Positions 34,268 to 46,427 are shown, counted from the stretch's first letter. The stretch is 64,000 nucleotides of DNA from an uncultured Nitrososphaerales archaeon (GCA_963709405.1 CAVPXM010000036.1:1-64000), one strand, 5' to 3'. The notes: generated by a model not told the origin, from the letters alone. A program made the numbers and translations.

Positions 34268-34444
34268 ATGGTGCAGTTCTGTCAAATTAGAATTGAATTT
34301 GTATGCATAAAATGTGCAATTTGTTGGAATTATCATTGGGCACATGAACAGATTAAAAATCTGGGTTTTGACCATCGATATATACTTCTAAACATACTAA
34401 TCCTCTTTCCAGCAATTCTTCCCCTTCTCACGTTCAATCAATAG
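34268..34444 (+). CDS. Possible Cys/His-rich microprotein or remnant (58 aa)
   Basis: MVQFCQIRIEFVCIKCAICWNYHWAHEQ... Confidence 0.3.
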   Translation: MVQFCQIRIEFVCIKCAICWNYHWAHEQIKNLGFDHRYILLNILILFPAILPLLTFNQ

Positions 34445-34909
34445 TTTACGAAGAAAAAATCATTATTACTGACAAATATCTTTGATAAAAAAGTAGTCGA
34501 TGTGTACGGGACAGAAATACAACCAATCTACAACTACCTTAGATGTCGTCATGAATTCTCATTGCATGGTTTGGAAGCACTTAGAAGAAATTGTACGTCG
34601 ACATCCCCAAAATTCGACGATAGGTGTAACGAAATGGATACTGGCGATATAATAGCCAATCTACCTGTCTTAACATAACATCAACATAATGTAGATAGTA
34701 ACTAAGATTATCAGAAATTGATAATGTTACCGCTAATTAGAATTCATGCAAGAATAGAAAATTTTGTCCACGTTTTTATTTAATAGTAGATTAAAATTAT
34801 TAAACATAATAACTCCATTTTAAATGTAATGTTCAGAATTGGTGTAGCATTGTTGAAATTATCAAACGATGGATTAAAACTTAAATATAACTAAAATCTT
34901 TCTATAATA

Positions 34910-35161
34910 ATGAGCAAAGATTCAAACAGGAAATATGTAACAATCTCCATGATTGCAATAATAGCGGTATTGATAGGAACCTTGTCAATAAGCCAGGTAT
35001 TACAACCGGTATACGCTCAAAACACTACTGGTCAAATGGGTCAAAAAATTGGGCAAGCTGCTGGGAATGTATCTGGATCAGTCAATAAGACAGGCAACCA
35101 GTCAGCAAATCCACTGGCAAAAGTTGGCGAAGCACTAAAAGGTATGTTCGGCGGCAAATAA
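34910..35161 (+). CDS. Small secreted protein
   Basis: Signal peptide ending VYAQ, low-complexity N/Q/G tail; AAAACTTAAATA BRE/TATA about 25-30 bp upstream. Confidence 0.8.
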   Translation: MSKDSNRKYVTISMIAIIAVLIGTLSISQVLQPVYAQNTTGQMGQKIGQAAGNVSGSVNKTGNQSANPLAKVGEALKGMFGGK

Positions 35162-35216
35162 CCTACTTTTGTTGTAGGTACCTATCACTACTTGCAGTAG
35201 TGAGGTAGATTTTTTT
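35161..35216 (+). terminator. Two hairpins followed by oligo-T
   Basis: ACCTAC-ttttgtt-GTAGGT and CACTAC-ttgca-GTAGTG then TTTTTTT, right after the stop codon. Confidence 0.55.
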
Positions 35217-35991
35217 AAACGGCTTCTTTAAGAAGTAATTACTAAATTAAGCTGTCATGTTTTTATTAAACTGGCGTTAATAACAGTTTCTCATATATAA
35301 CAAGGGGCTTGCGTTCGTAATCGCACTAATATTCAATATAACCACCTCACATTAATCATTTTCGTCATCAATAAAATGAAAAATAGTAGGTTTAATTTAT
35401 GACCAATGTGTGAGCTAGCTGAGAATTAGTTTTGAACTTGATTCGTGATTCGTGTGGATTATCTCGATGGTTCTCTTGATCGTTAAGAGAAGGTAATTTG
35501 TGTGGGCTAGCTATTATTTATTAATAGTACAATAAGACGAAGGAAATTCGCAGTACAGACCTGGTACACCTAATCAAATAAGAGAAATCCAGCTAGCTTC
35601 CAATTTATGTCCCATTGGTTGACAAAAGCCAAATATTAAATGTTGAGAGGATCAAACAGGAAGATATTACTTAACTGAGATCTTCACATTCCTGTATTGT
35701 ACACGCAACGGTGCTATAGTAACAGCAGTTGATTCGTTGGGAAAAAGTGAATAACAATGGGACTGGGTGCACAATAATAGTGTTACGGCTATTCGCACAA
35801 GGAGTAGCTTAATTTATCAATGCAATAAATAATGGAATTAGAGAATCTGCGAATGACTTAACAACTTCCAAAATACCAATTTCAGTAGGATACCAAGTTG
35901 TATCCATATCATTTGACAGAACAGGAGAGTGGCAATCTTAATAAGCAAGTAAATATTCACAGTTATATTACAAAATAGGAGTGCCTGTCAA

Positions 35992-36231
35992 ATGTCTAAT
36001 AGTATGGAAAATACGGATGATGAAGAACATAAGGAGAGTGGCAACTTACCTAAATTATCAGCGGACTTTCAGTGTTCTGTTTGTGGGTCAATATTCACCA
36101 CCGATCAAGATAGAGAACAACACCTGAAAAAAGAAGCTGATGGCGATTTGCATGAGGGTAGTACCTCTGAAGATATTGAAATTGCTAGGAATCAACAAGA
36201 ACTGAACAAAAATCGTATGCATTATGTATAA
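35992..36231 (+). CDS. C2H2-like zinc-finger microprotein
   Basis: FQCSVCGSIFTTDQDREQHL. Confidence 0.75.
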   Translation: MSNSMENTDDEEHKESGNLPKLSADFQCSVCGSIFTTDQDREQHLKKEADGDLHEGSTSEDIEIARNQQELNKNRMHYV

Positions 36232-37500
36232 ATTTGCATACTTTTATTGTTGTCCATATATAAGACTCCACAAACAGTGAATTCGTTCGATATGTTAGGC
36301 TAATAGATGCTATATATCGTGTGGAGATTCAATACCGCTGCTGATGGAAAGGATAATGTTGTGATCTGCTCGGATATTGTGCATTGTCAGAATATATTAC
36401 AACTGCTCTAAAAGTACAAGGGGACCATATACTGTGTTCGAAAAATTGCGTTGAATTAGTATAAACTGCACTAGACGTGCTATACTATATTACGAAAATA
36501 TTATAATTCATGATTTTTCATGTATATGACTGTATGAACGAAATTAATTAATAATGCAATATCTGACAAATGGAAAAAAATGAAAATGATGTGGTAACAC
36601 AATCACAGCAGGGATCTCTTTGGTTGAGAATATAGATAAATGTGACATAATAAATGCAATTAATCAATGATCTATATAAATACTATAAAAAAGAATTATA
36701 GTATTTAATAGGGTATAAAACATATAGAATATTTATATCCTCAATATCTTTTATCTGGTTCAGTTATTTAGTGACAATAAGATAATTTGCCTCAATCTAG
36801 AACATGATCCTGATCGTAGAATCCCCACCCGTTTTTTAGATCATATGTTACAAATTCGGAGCATGTGTTGACATTATAAAAAACGTTATCATTCTAAATA
36901 TTACCATAAAACAGAGCACGGTAGTAAATAATCGAATTTCTGGCTAAGATTAAGGTACAACCAGCTACGTTAGATCAATATAGGAGGTAATCATGCATAT
37001 ATACATCCTACCTTTGGTTTCTCGGTGTAGATAAGTTTCAGATATACCTAAAGCAGTTTGATGTTTAAGAGTGATAGACGAAGTGACAAATTTAACAATG
37101 AGCTCAGAAGAATATTGTGTTAAAATATGTTGATCCTATCAAAATACGGCTCTTGTTATTAATTAGGCTATATTACGTATTGTTCTATTTAGAACGTCAT
37201 GAATTATATCTATTCAATCCAAAAGCAACTTCGCAGAACTTTAGCTCAACGTCCCAAAACATAATAATTTTAAAAGTCTTTCGAATATGACATTTTGTAC
37301 GTCATGATTGGATTTGTAATAAATGTCTAAACTATTGATAATATGATATATAATTACTAAATAATATTTTTCTTATGATTAAAAAGTTTAAAAGTATATC
37401 TGAAAAATGCATTTTTTTCTTAAACGCCATGATGAATAATGCTAGAGAGAATTTGAAATGTTGGATAGTAAGATATAACTTCCTCTAATCGTTTAATACA

Positions 37501-39022
37501 TTGTTTGTGACAAGCAAGGACACAGAGCAGCCAGGGCATGATATATGTCCATTATGTGGAAAGATCTTAACTAGTCGCCATGAAAAGTCCTCATTTGTAG
37601 AATATACAATTGATGGGGTTAGTTATAGATTTGACTCAAAGGATTGTGCAATTATGTTTAAACGGTTTTTGAGTGTGTATGGTAACGATTTTAAGCGTTT
37701 TTCTGGGCAACAGCAATATATTTCAGATCCTTTTTGGGATAAAGCAATTCCTAAGGAGCATGAAATTAATGAGATAGAGGAAGAGCGACTGAAGAATATA
37801 TCGGGCACAATACAGGAAAAATCTAACCAACATATTGTTGTTATTTCAGATCCCCTTGAAATACAGCGAGCTTGGTATTAATCTTGTAAGATCTGCCAAA
37901 GAAGATATCGCGATAATATTCTCTACGTCTAACGCATTTCGTAGACAATTGTGTATTGGGGGAATTCAATTCTTAGAAGAAGTAAGGAAATCTAATAAAT
38001 ATGTAAATATTAGACTTATAACACCTGTAAACGATGAAATTAGGAAGATTTCAGTAGATTTGAAGAGAAACTTTGGAATTGATGTTAAACATATAGTTGA
38101 TTCTATGCAATCAAAGATCACACTAGTAGTAATTGATAGAAAATTTTCTTTGGCGGTAGAACTAAAAGATGATACAAAAGATAATATTTATGAGTCAGCA
38201 GGGTTAGGAATTTATTCCAATCATAAGTCAACAGTTTTGTCCTATATTTCAATATTTGAAAGTCTTTGGAAGGAATTGGAATTAAATGAACATGTAGCTG
38301 ATCTTTGTGAGCAATTGAAATTTAAGGAAAAGATGCAAACAGAATTTATCAATATCGCAGCTCATGAATTTAGAGCGCCTATTCAACCAATACTGGGCTT
38401 GGCTGAAATCCTCCGATCTAGAGAAAAAGTAGATATTGAAAAACAACAGGAACTCTTGACGGTTATTATCAGAAATGCAAAAAGACTAAAGACTCTCACA
38501 GAGAATATTTTAGATATCACGAGAATTGAAAATCAACCTCTTATTCTACATGAGCAGATTCTTAATATCGAAGATGTCATATCTGATGCGATACAAGATA
38601 TAAATAGTCAAGTAGATTACGAAAGAGCAAATGTTAAAATATTATACAATCCAGTAAGGAAAAACAATGGAATAAGACTTGTGAAAGCTGACAAAGGAAG
38701 ATTAATACAAGTCCTTTCCAATTTGCTTGATAATGCAGTGAAGTTTACTGAGGAAGGAACGATATCGATTAATCTTGAGGAAAATACTATCAAAAATGAA
38801 CTCGTGGTTAGTATTATAGATACTGGGATAGGGATTAGTGCCGACATCAAACCGTTATTATTCACAAAGTTTATGACAAAAGCAGATAAAGGGACAGGTC
38901 TTGGGTTGTATATCTCCAAGAGTATTATCGATGCACATGGTGGCAGGATGTGGGCTGAAAATAATATCGACGGGAAAGGAGCAACTTTTAGATTTAGTCT
39001 ACCGTTAAGAACCAATAGTTAG
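37501..39022 (+). pseudogene. Sensor histidine kinase with N-terminal TRASH/YHS-like metal-binding domain, split by a +1 frameshift near 37867; downstream kinase ORF itself is open
   Basis: CPLCG...YRFDSKDC; removing C37867 gives SDPLEIQELGINLV in frame; AAHEFRAP, QVLSNLLDNAVKF, DTGIGI, GTGLGL. Confidence 0.85.
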
Positions 39023-39175
39023 AATTATTACAAATTAATTCTAACCGGCGCACCATAAATACGTGGGGGTGGTAATTATACAATTATACATCCATTCCAT
39101 ATTCAAACATGTACGATATGAATGAAAAGCCTCCGCTAATCAATGCATTCGTTCTATATTCAACTTTAGTTTGAA

Positions 39176-40063
39176 TTAGATAGATTTTGTTATCAAATTC
39201 CTTACTGCCTTAAGAAACTGCAGTTGGGTTATTGGTTTTCTAATAACGTTATCATGAGTCACATCTGGAAATATCTTTACTAATTCTTCAGCTGCGTCAA
39301 GAGCAGACACAAAGAGCACTTTGACATCGTCATCTATTGCCTTAAATGTCTGATAAATCTGTATACCATTAAATTCTGGTATTCTAATATCTAATACTAC
39401 GAGATCATAATAAACGGAATTCTCTACGTTGTTTTCAAGGAAAGCCTTTAATGCTTCATATGGATTAGTATATCCATCCACGCTATACCCTTCATTTATT
39501 AGGAATGACTTGTAAGTGAATAGTACATCCATTTCATCTTCCACTATCATGATCTTGCAAGGTTTTTGTCCTTGTTGTCGATGCCTATCAATTTTTGGGA
39601 CTTTTTCTCTTATTCCTGTCATCTTACTTGATGAATAATAATGATCTTCCTTCGTAAGGATGTCTTTAATTATCTTATTTTTACCTATTATGACATCGAT
39701 AAATTTTTCTCGATCTTCCTTTGGATATTCATCATAGAGTGAGTCAATTGCCTTAAGTTTCAAATGATTATCGGCTGCGTTTTCACCTATCATTTGCAAA
39801 TAGTAAAATACCTTGCCCAACGAAGTCAGAGAATATTTTCGATTCAATTTGCTACCCTTCGATCTCTTCACTAATCCTGTATCCAATAGTTTTGATAATG
39901 TCTTATAATACTGCTTACGAGTAAGATTTAATTTAGTCCTAATGTTTTGACTATTATATCTTTCATTCTCATCGCGGCGAACAAGCGTATTAAGTAGAGT
40001 ATGAACAACTGGATTAGAGAGAATTTTATAGATATCAGTGATGACGATGAACTTCTTTTGCAT
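39176..40063 (-). CDS. Response regulator with N-terminal winged HTH and C-terminal receiver domain
   Basis: LTRKQYY..LSKL...GLVKR...YSLTSLGK; IMIVEDE, DLVVLDIRIP, FVSA, KP. Confidence 0.9.
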   Translation of the reverse strand: MQKKFIVITDIYKILSNPVVHTLLNTLVRRDENERYNSQNIRTKLNLTRKQYYKTLSKLLDTGLVKRSKGSKLNRKYSLTSLGKVFYYLQMIGENAADNHLKLKAIDSLYDEYPKEDREKFIDVIIGKNKIIKDILTKEDHYYSSSKMTGIREKVPKIDRHRQQGQKPCKIMIVEDEMDVLFTYKSFLINEGYSVDGYTNPYEALKAFLENNVENSVYYDLVVLDIRIPEFNGIQIYQTFKAIDDDVKVLFVSALDAAEELVKIFPDVTHDNVIRKPITQLQFLKAVRNLITKSI

Positions 40064-40697
40064 GAGCTACACCATTAATGATAGTGTAAACTACAATAAT
40101 ACTATTACATAAAATGAACGGTTTTCAGACAGCACTGTATTTATATTAGCGAACTTGTTAATGCAATAAGAATAATTATTCTACATCCGGTCATACCTAT
40201 CTTTCTTGATAAGTTATGACAGTTCAAATACAGTCGAAAGAAACATTACAAACGATCGCATGATACAGACTAATATACGTACGGTCTTTAGGTATTTTTA
40301 TTAATTACCAATATGATAATAGAATATTTATAAAATGGAAAAATGCCCCAAATTTACAATCACAGCTCTAAACCAGTACTGCTACTATTATTTAGATATG
40401 TAGTCTTTTTTTGCTATCTTAATATCTCTAGCGATAACTTTAAATATTGTGAAAAAATAAAAATTTACAAACGAGCAAGTAAATTTCAAATAGATTCATT
40501 ATTTAGGCATAGATCAAGTAAAATTGAGACGTTAGTAGGCAGACATTCTATGATTTAGTAATAATTTGCTTCTACAAATTAAATGATGACAACTCCAAAA
40601 TCAATATAATGTGAAATTGGTTTCGATTACTCGATGATCTGGTATAGGAATGAATAATCTAATATTAACCCCATCATATTTGATTCATTAGCTAGAG

Positions 40698-41379
40698 GGC
40701 TCTGTAAAGTTAAGATAACAAATTATTGTTATGATGACTAACAAATAGATCCAACCATTTTTGTATGTGTTGCAATTTACACTTACTTTTTCTACAAGGA
40801 AAATAATCATCGAAATATTCTGTTCTATCTTTGATGTATTGTACCGTCCTTTCTATGATACTTTTCTCATATGGAGAATGGATGTGATGGTGCAGTCTCA
40901 AGAATCTACAAGCCTGTGGATACCATGTACCTCCATCAGTTGAAACAGGATAGATGTTCTCCATATCTTTTTACAAGGTTTAATATAAAACGTTCTGCAA
41001 CAAACATGTTTCTCTCTTTTGATATGCTTATTTGAAGGATTTCTCGGTTATCATTCATTTTCAATGGCTATCCATAACCAGATATATTCGGAACCAACTT
41101 TAATGATAGTTTCATCAATTATAAATTCGGTAATACGTATCTATCTTTCTGGAACTTAACATCTCTGGTTTATATTTTTGAATCCAGTCTCTGATGGCAG
41201 TATGACTTCTTTTAACAAATCTAGACACAGCTTTGGATGTATTTCTTAATGAAAGACCAAGGAAATACAGATACAGAGAATATGCTATATCCTCAGGTTC
41301 TGTTCTCTTTCTTATTTGACACATCATAACCTATATCGGAGTCATAAAGCTATAGATTTTTCCTTAACTTTACAGAGCC
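40698..41379 (-). mobile_element. IS6-family element with frameshifted transposase
   Basis: Perfect 17-bp IR GGCTCTGTAAAGTTAAG / CTTAACTTTACAGAGCC; LYFLGLSLR, SHTAIRDWIQ, STDGGTWYPQAC, IERTVQYIKDRTE; no target duplication. Confidence 0.93.
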
Positions 41380-41427
41380 GAAAAATTTGTAATAGCTTTA
41401 AGTATTTTAAAACCCTAATATAGGATA

Positions 41428-41668
41428 ATGGACAACGGAAGTGTTCAACGGTTAAGCATTGCACCAGGTCTTAGGAACTTGCTAGAAACAGTATGGATTA
41501 TTTACAATTAAATCCGTTGCAAATCAGAGCCAAGGAGAAATTGCTGTCTTGTTGGGAATTGATACATATGTTGCAGGAATAATTATTCAAGCTGCAAAGA
41601 AATCTCTAAAAGATACTGAACACAATATGGAAAATACAGCTGCAGGAGTTATTAGTACTATCCATTAA
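41428..41668 (+). pseudogene. Frameshifted small helix-hairpin-helix-like hypothetical protein
   Basis: MDNGSVQRLSIAPGLRNLL then, in another frame, EIAVLLGIDTYVAGIIIQAAKK; TTTAA/TTTTAA boxes upstream. Confidence 0.45.
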
Positions 41669-41834
41669 TATATTATAATATCCATTTTTTATGTCACTCC
41701 ACCATCAGGTATTGCTAATAGAAATTAGTACAAATGTAATGTGTCGACATTGATTCTCTATCGATATGTATAGTAGCATAATACATTTTATAATACGAAA
41801 CTTTGAATAACATTATATCTGTAATATATTTGAT

Positions 41835-41948
41835 ATGAAATGTGCTTGTTGTGGAGGAGATATGTTAAGAAATAAGGAATTGGAAAACACTATAATTTAC
41901 AAATGTAAAGAATGTGGTCTTAGCAATACCGAACTAAGAAGCAAATGA
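41835..41948 (+). CDS. 37-aa zinc-ribbon microprotein (below ORF-track cutoff)
   Basis: MKCACCGGDMLRNKELENTIIYKCKECGLSNTELRSK; two CxxCG knuckles. Confidence 0.7.
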   Translation: MKCACCGGDMLRNKELENTIIYKCKECGLSNTELRSK

Positions 41949-42509
41949 TATTCGCAGGTACATTATTTTTATATGAATTTGAGCATATCTTCTACGATAG
42001 TACATATCTTTTTAACAAGTATTCTATGTTAACGCACACCCAAATTGCTCATTCTCCGATCAAGACAAAATAAAGAAATATGAAATTATCTAGTTGATTG
42101 GATTGCTCTGAATAGATAAACCCGTATATAACAATGCATAATTGAGTACTGAATTATCTAGCTCAATTACGATAGAAGGCCAGAAAATTATACAAATTAT
42201 TTTAGATTAACAAAGTTAATCGAGAGTTATTTATGATGGTTTATAATATGATACATATGATACAAAGTCTTTCCTATTTCAGCAGTACAATTACAAGATT
42301 TTATCTCGAACATATTCCCATAGTTACAAAAGAAGGAAAGTCCTACGATTAAGTCAGTTACTTTTGATCCAGCAGTATCATTGTCGGTGACAATAGCGAA
42401 GCACATTACAACTGATAATAACGATTTAAAATGAATTTGTTATATACATGAGAACTTACTCAACTTACATTTGATTAACGTGATCAACTAAAGAAGATAA
42501 TACTAGCTT

Positions 42510-43460
42510 ATGAAAAATCCTTTCAAGAAATCAAACAGGAGGACGCCCGAAGGGGAACCTCTTGAACATGTAGGATCAGGCTCTGGTGCGGGCTCTAAAA
42601 AACTACTAATTATCGCAGCTATGACGACATTTATCGTTATTATTTTAGTGATGTCTGAATCAGTAGTTATCGTGCAGGCAGGACATCGAGGAGTTGTTCT
42701 ATATGCTGGTGCAGTCGAGAGCAGAGTATTAGGGGAAGGTGTGCACTTCATAATACCATTTGCTGAGCAGGTTATACCATTAGAGGTACGCACACTCAAG
42801 TTCGTGGCTAATGCGTCAGCCGCTTCAAATGATTTACAACAAGTACAGACGGTAATAGCACTAAATTACCATCTGAATCCAGCTGATGTAAATAAGATCT
42901 ACCAACAGCTGGGTCCAGACTATGCAGATAGAGTAATAGCGCCGACTATACAAGAATCAGTTAAAGCAAGTGTAGCGAAATACAATGCTGAGGAGTTAAT
43001 CACAAAAAGAGCTATTGTTAAAGATGTTATAGCAAATACGATAAGAAACTCCTTATCAGCAAAAGACATAGTGGTAGAGACAATATTTATTACTGATTTT
43101 AAATTCTCGCCAGCATTTTCTACTCAGGTTGAAGATAAAGTGGTAGCTTTTCAAAAGTACTTGACAGAACTGAATAATTTGAGAGCAATTCGAGTAGTAG
43201 CTAACCAAACAGTTGTACAGGCACAAGCACAGGCTAGAGCTAACATAGCAAAGGCTGATGGAGAATCACAAGCAATTAAAATTATTACATCACAATTAAG
43301 ACAAGACCCTCAATATCTTCAGTGGCAAGCGATCAATAGATGGAATGGACAAATGCCTTATTCTTTAGGTGGACAAGGCGCAATCCCATTTTTCCAACTA
43401 CCGCAATACTCACCTCAATCGTCAGTATCTGGATCACAACAACAAAATCAATCTAAGTAA
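42510..43460 (+). CDS. Prohibitin/SPFH (band 7) family membrane protein
   Basis: TM then VQAGHRGV, EGVHFIIPF, SNDLQ, AEELITKR, ITDFKFS, WNGQMP. Confidence 0.93.
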   Translation: MKNPFKKSNRRTPEGEPLEHVGSGSGAGSKKLLIIAAMTTFIVIILVMSESVVIVQAGHRGVVLYAGAVESRVLGEGVHFIIPFAEQVIPLEVRTLKFVANASAASNDLQQVQTVIALNYHLNPADVNKIYQQLGPDYADRVIAPTIQESVKASVAKYNAEELITKRAIVKDVIANTIRNSLSAKDIVVETIFITDFKFSPAFSTQVEDKVVAFQKYLTELNNLRAIRVVANQTVVQAQAQARANIAKADGESQAIKIITSQLRQDPQYLQWQAINRWNGQMPYSLGGQGAIPFFQLPQYSPQSSVSGSQQQNQSK

Positions 43461-43715
43461 ATTAATAAAGAGTTGGCATTATTCCAGCCTTGAATCCAAA
43501 CAGCATATACCGCCATAGTTTGAATAACAAAATCAGACTAGCAGATGAACATTATACAAGTACACGGTCAATGATGCAAGATGAAGCAAAATAAACACTA
43601 ATGCTGAGTATATTATGCTACTAATTACGTACAAATGAAATCAAACATAATAATGAAATATCTAATGTACTCAATGACGAATACTATAAAACCTTGATAG
43701 TATGTTCTATTAAAT

Positions 43716-44363
43716 ATGAAAATCGTCGACCTGACTCTTGAGATTACTTCCAATATGGTCATTTTCTCTGGGGACCCTACCCCTATTTCTATAGAATGGT
43801 CCAAATTTGACATTCAAGGCTATGTTTCAGAATGTTTGTTTTTGAGTACTCATACAGGAACTCACATGGATGCTCCATTTCATTTTAGTCCTAATGGATT
43901 GAGTATAGATCAGATTGAAGTCAACAGATTCATCTGCAATGATACACTACTTCTAAGAATAGAAAAAGATTGCAATCAATTGATTACCACCGATGATATC
44001 TTAGGCAATACCAAAAATGAAATTAAGGAAAAAGATACTGTGGTACTGCATACAGGTTGGGAAACACGGAATAAGGAAAAAGATATGTACCTCAAAAATA
44101 ACCCAGGTCTATCAGATGATGCGGCAGAATATTTGGTAAAGAAAAAAGTTAATGCCGTAGCCATAGATGGTCCGAGTATTGATGTGGGTATTAACAGAGA
44201 ACTTCCTGCACATAAAATTCTTTTATCAAATAATATTTTAGTAATTGAAAATCTATGCAATTTGGATAGATTGAATAATCAAAATATTACAGTCATAATT
44301 ACTCCATTAAAACTTGTGGGAGCTTCTGGCTCACCAGTACGGGCAATCGGAATTGAAGAATAA
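43716..44363 (+). CDS. Cyclase family protein (kynurenine formamidase-like)
   Basis: HTGTHMDAPFHF, PGLS, AHKILL, IENL, GSPVRA. Confidence 0.93.
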   Translation: MKIVDLTLEITSNMVIFSGDPTPISIEWSKFDIQGYVSECLFLSTHTGTHMDAPFHFSPNGLSIDQIEVNRFICNDTLLLRIEKDCNQLITTDDILGNTKNEIKEKDTVVLHTGWETRNKEKDMYLKNNPGLSDDAAEYLVKKKVNAVAIDGPSIDVGINRELPAHKILLSNNILVIENLCNLDRLNNQNITVIITPLKLVGASGSPVRAIGIEE

Positions 44364-44401
44364 ATAAACATGATCGATCATTAGAACCGTTTGGGCGACC
44401 T

Positions 44402-44632
44402 ATGACATCACACGTAACAAAATGCATTGCATGTACACGGAATAATTATTTGGACTCCAAATACTGTACCTATCATTATGATGCATTCTTAAATTTAAAA
44501 CAACAGTACAAGATATGGGTTGAGGCATATGGTCAAATTTCTTGGCAAGAATATCTGAATAAACTGATAGTGATGAATGGAGTGGGGGTTTGGGTAAAAG
44601 AAGTGATTGCCGTAGAATCAAAAAAATCTTAA
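44402..44632 (+). CDS. Small conserved archaeal zinc-binding protein
   Basis: CIAC...YCTYH, W..AYG.ISW.EYL, G.WVKEV. Confidence 0.7.
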   Translation: MTSHVTKCIACTRNNYLDSKYCTYHYDAFLNLKQQYKIWVEAYGQISWQEYLNKLIVMNGVGVWVKEVIAVESKKS

Positions 44633-45113
44633 ATAGATTAGTCAGTCATTTAATTATTTCAATCCGTCTGGATAGAAATTCCCGTGAGAGTACAAGAGAT
44701 TGAGAGAAGGGAACAACAAGTTCAATTGAATTAGTGGATGCATCCCATACATATCGGATTCGCAGAAAAACTAAAACGAGATTCCTATAAAGTTTCAGTT
44801 TTGAGTCGTGCCGGGGAGAGTAGGCAACTCTATTAAGCCTCAATTTGGCTTACCTGCGGACTTGAACTTATTAGGTATGTCTTTATTCGTAAATGTGTAT
44901 TATTTAATTGACCATGACTGACTTTAGATTCTAGTCTCAGGATCGATGATAGGAATGAATATTAAAATAATACGACAATCGGCTATGAAATGGTAACAAC
45001 AACAATATCATTAAATTCATTGGTAAAAGCTCTATTGACTATAAAGTAATCCTATGTGCTTGCACCTCATAAGATCAGATGCGGTCGATTAAGTCTACTA
45101 AAACCATTAATTG

Positions 45114-46421
45114 TTAATTTCTCCAGATGAAGAATCCGTCTTTTCTGGTCACAGTATCTATCGAACGGGATAAAAATTTGCTTTTTATTAGTGTGCTCTG
45201 ATCACCTACAATAATTGTCTTCCTTTTACTCCTAGAAAAGGCGACACATGATCTCGGGATATTTACAAAACCTATAGCCTTTTCTAGGTCAGTTTCATTG
45301 TTTGACCTCACCATTGAGACGATTGTGACCTCTGATTCCTGTCCCTGGAACTCGTCTATTGTCCCAATGCGTATCCTCCTATTGTTCCCATTGTGGAGAT
45401 GAAACTGCAGCATTCTTTCTTGTTGCTTGTAGGGAGTAGTAATTATGACATCATCAATTCCCATGTTCAGAAGCCCATCAATTATCTCTTTGACTAACGA
45501 AATCTCACCAATATTTATAAAATGTTTTTGCTCCTGACTGTTACTATTTGTATCTACAAACACTATTCTCTTTTCATGGTTCAGAATTTTTGCCAGATTA
45601 TTGTTCGTTCCACTATAATCATTCTTTGCAATATCTACTGTTGAAATTTCTTTCACTGATTCATCTGCCTTCAATTGATACTGGTAATTTGGATTTATCA
45701 GGTCCAAAATATCTTCATTAAACCTATATTCTGTTTTCAGTAACGTAGTTTCGTATTGTTTCAAAATAGAACTAAAGAGGCTGTATCCGATAAAATCATG
45801 TGAAGCAGGTGGCAACTGTTTATCATCTCCTATTACTAGTATTTTCCCATTATCATGCCTCAGCGATGAGAATAGCATTGCCATTGTGTCAAGTCCTACC
45901 AAACCTGTTTCATCCACTATGACTGCTCCAACTTTCGTGACTTTTACCAAATCTTTTGCGCTATAAGTCGTAGTAAGTATAATTTGTGCATTCTGAAAAT
46001 ATTTTCTACCTATTTCAGATCTATTAAATGAATTCATTTCATTGCTATCTACCAGAATATTGTCCATCGTATAGGTTCGAAGATACGGATACGATAATTC
46101 TAAATCCATTGTATTACCGTACCTAATTATTGGTCCTTTTAGAAACGGTAGATTAGCTCTATGGAGGAGAGAGTCTATCTTTGCTAGTATGCTATTAACC
46201 ATCACGTTTGTTGGAGCCGTGACCAACACTGGAGAATTTTCAGCCAATAGATCAAAGCAGCAATGAGAAATGACTGTTGATTTGCCTGTTCCTGGCGGTC
46301 CAGTAACTGGGACAGTACTCTCCTTGTTAATTCTATATCTCGCAGCCTTCTGATCGGCATTTTCGTAATTTAGAAACTTATCTAAAGAATTATTATTATT
46401 ATTATGGTTGCTGTTAGTCAT
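45114..46421 (-). CDS. Superfamily 1 helicase, Upf1/Dna2-like (AAA_11/AAA_12)
   Basis: GPPGTGKS (I), TAPTN (Ia), VDETG (II), GDDKQLPP (III), EYR (IV), TPYKQQ, TIDEFQGQE (V), VAFSRSK (VI). Confidence 0.92.
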   Translation of the reverse strand: MTNSNHNNNNNSLDKFLNYENADQKAARYRINKESTVPVTGPPGTGKSTVISHCCFDLLAENSPVLVTAPTNVMVNSILAKIDSLLHRANLPFLKGPIIRYGNTMDLELSYPYLRTYTMDNILVDSNEMNSFNRSEIGRKYFQNAQIILTTTYSAKDLVKVTKVGAVIVDETGLVGLDTMAMLFSSLRHDNGKILVIGDDKQLPPASHDFIGYSLFSSILKQYETTLLKTEYRFNEDILDLINPNYQYQLKADESVKEISTVDIAKNDYSGTNNNLAKILNHEKRIVFVDTNSNSQEQKHFINIGEISLVKEIIDGLLNMGIDDVIITTPYKQQERMLQFHLHNGNNRRIRIGTIDEFQGQESEVTIVSMVRSNNETDLEKAIGFVNIPRSCVAFSRSKRKTIIVGDQSTLIKSKFLSRSIDTVTRKDGFFIWRN

Positions 46422-46427
46422 ACCGAT

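Noticed and set aside
35923-36044. 13-bp direct repeat AGGAGAGTGGCAA upstream of and inside the zinc-finger gene
   Set aside because: Only two copies with no element between them; not enough to call a feature
40690-41387. Target-site duplication for the second IS6
   Set aside because: Flanks AGCTAGAG and GAAAAATT do not match
44633-45113. Possible CRISPR array or ncRNA beside the Cas4-like operon
   Set aside because: No regularly spaced repeats here or elsewhere in the window; no convincing RNA fold; the 65-aa minus-strand ORF lacks recognisable motifs
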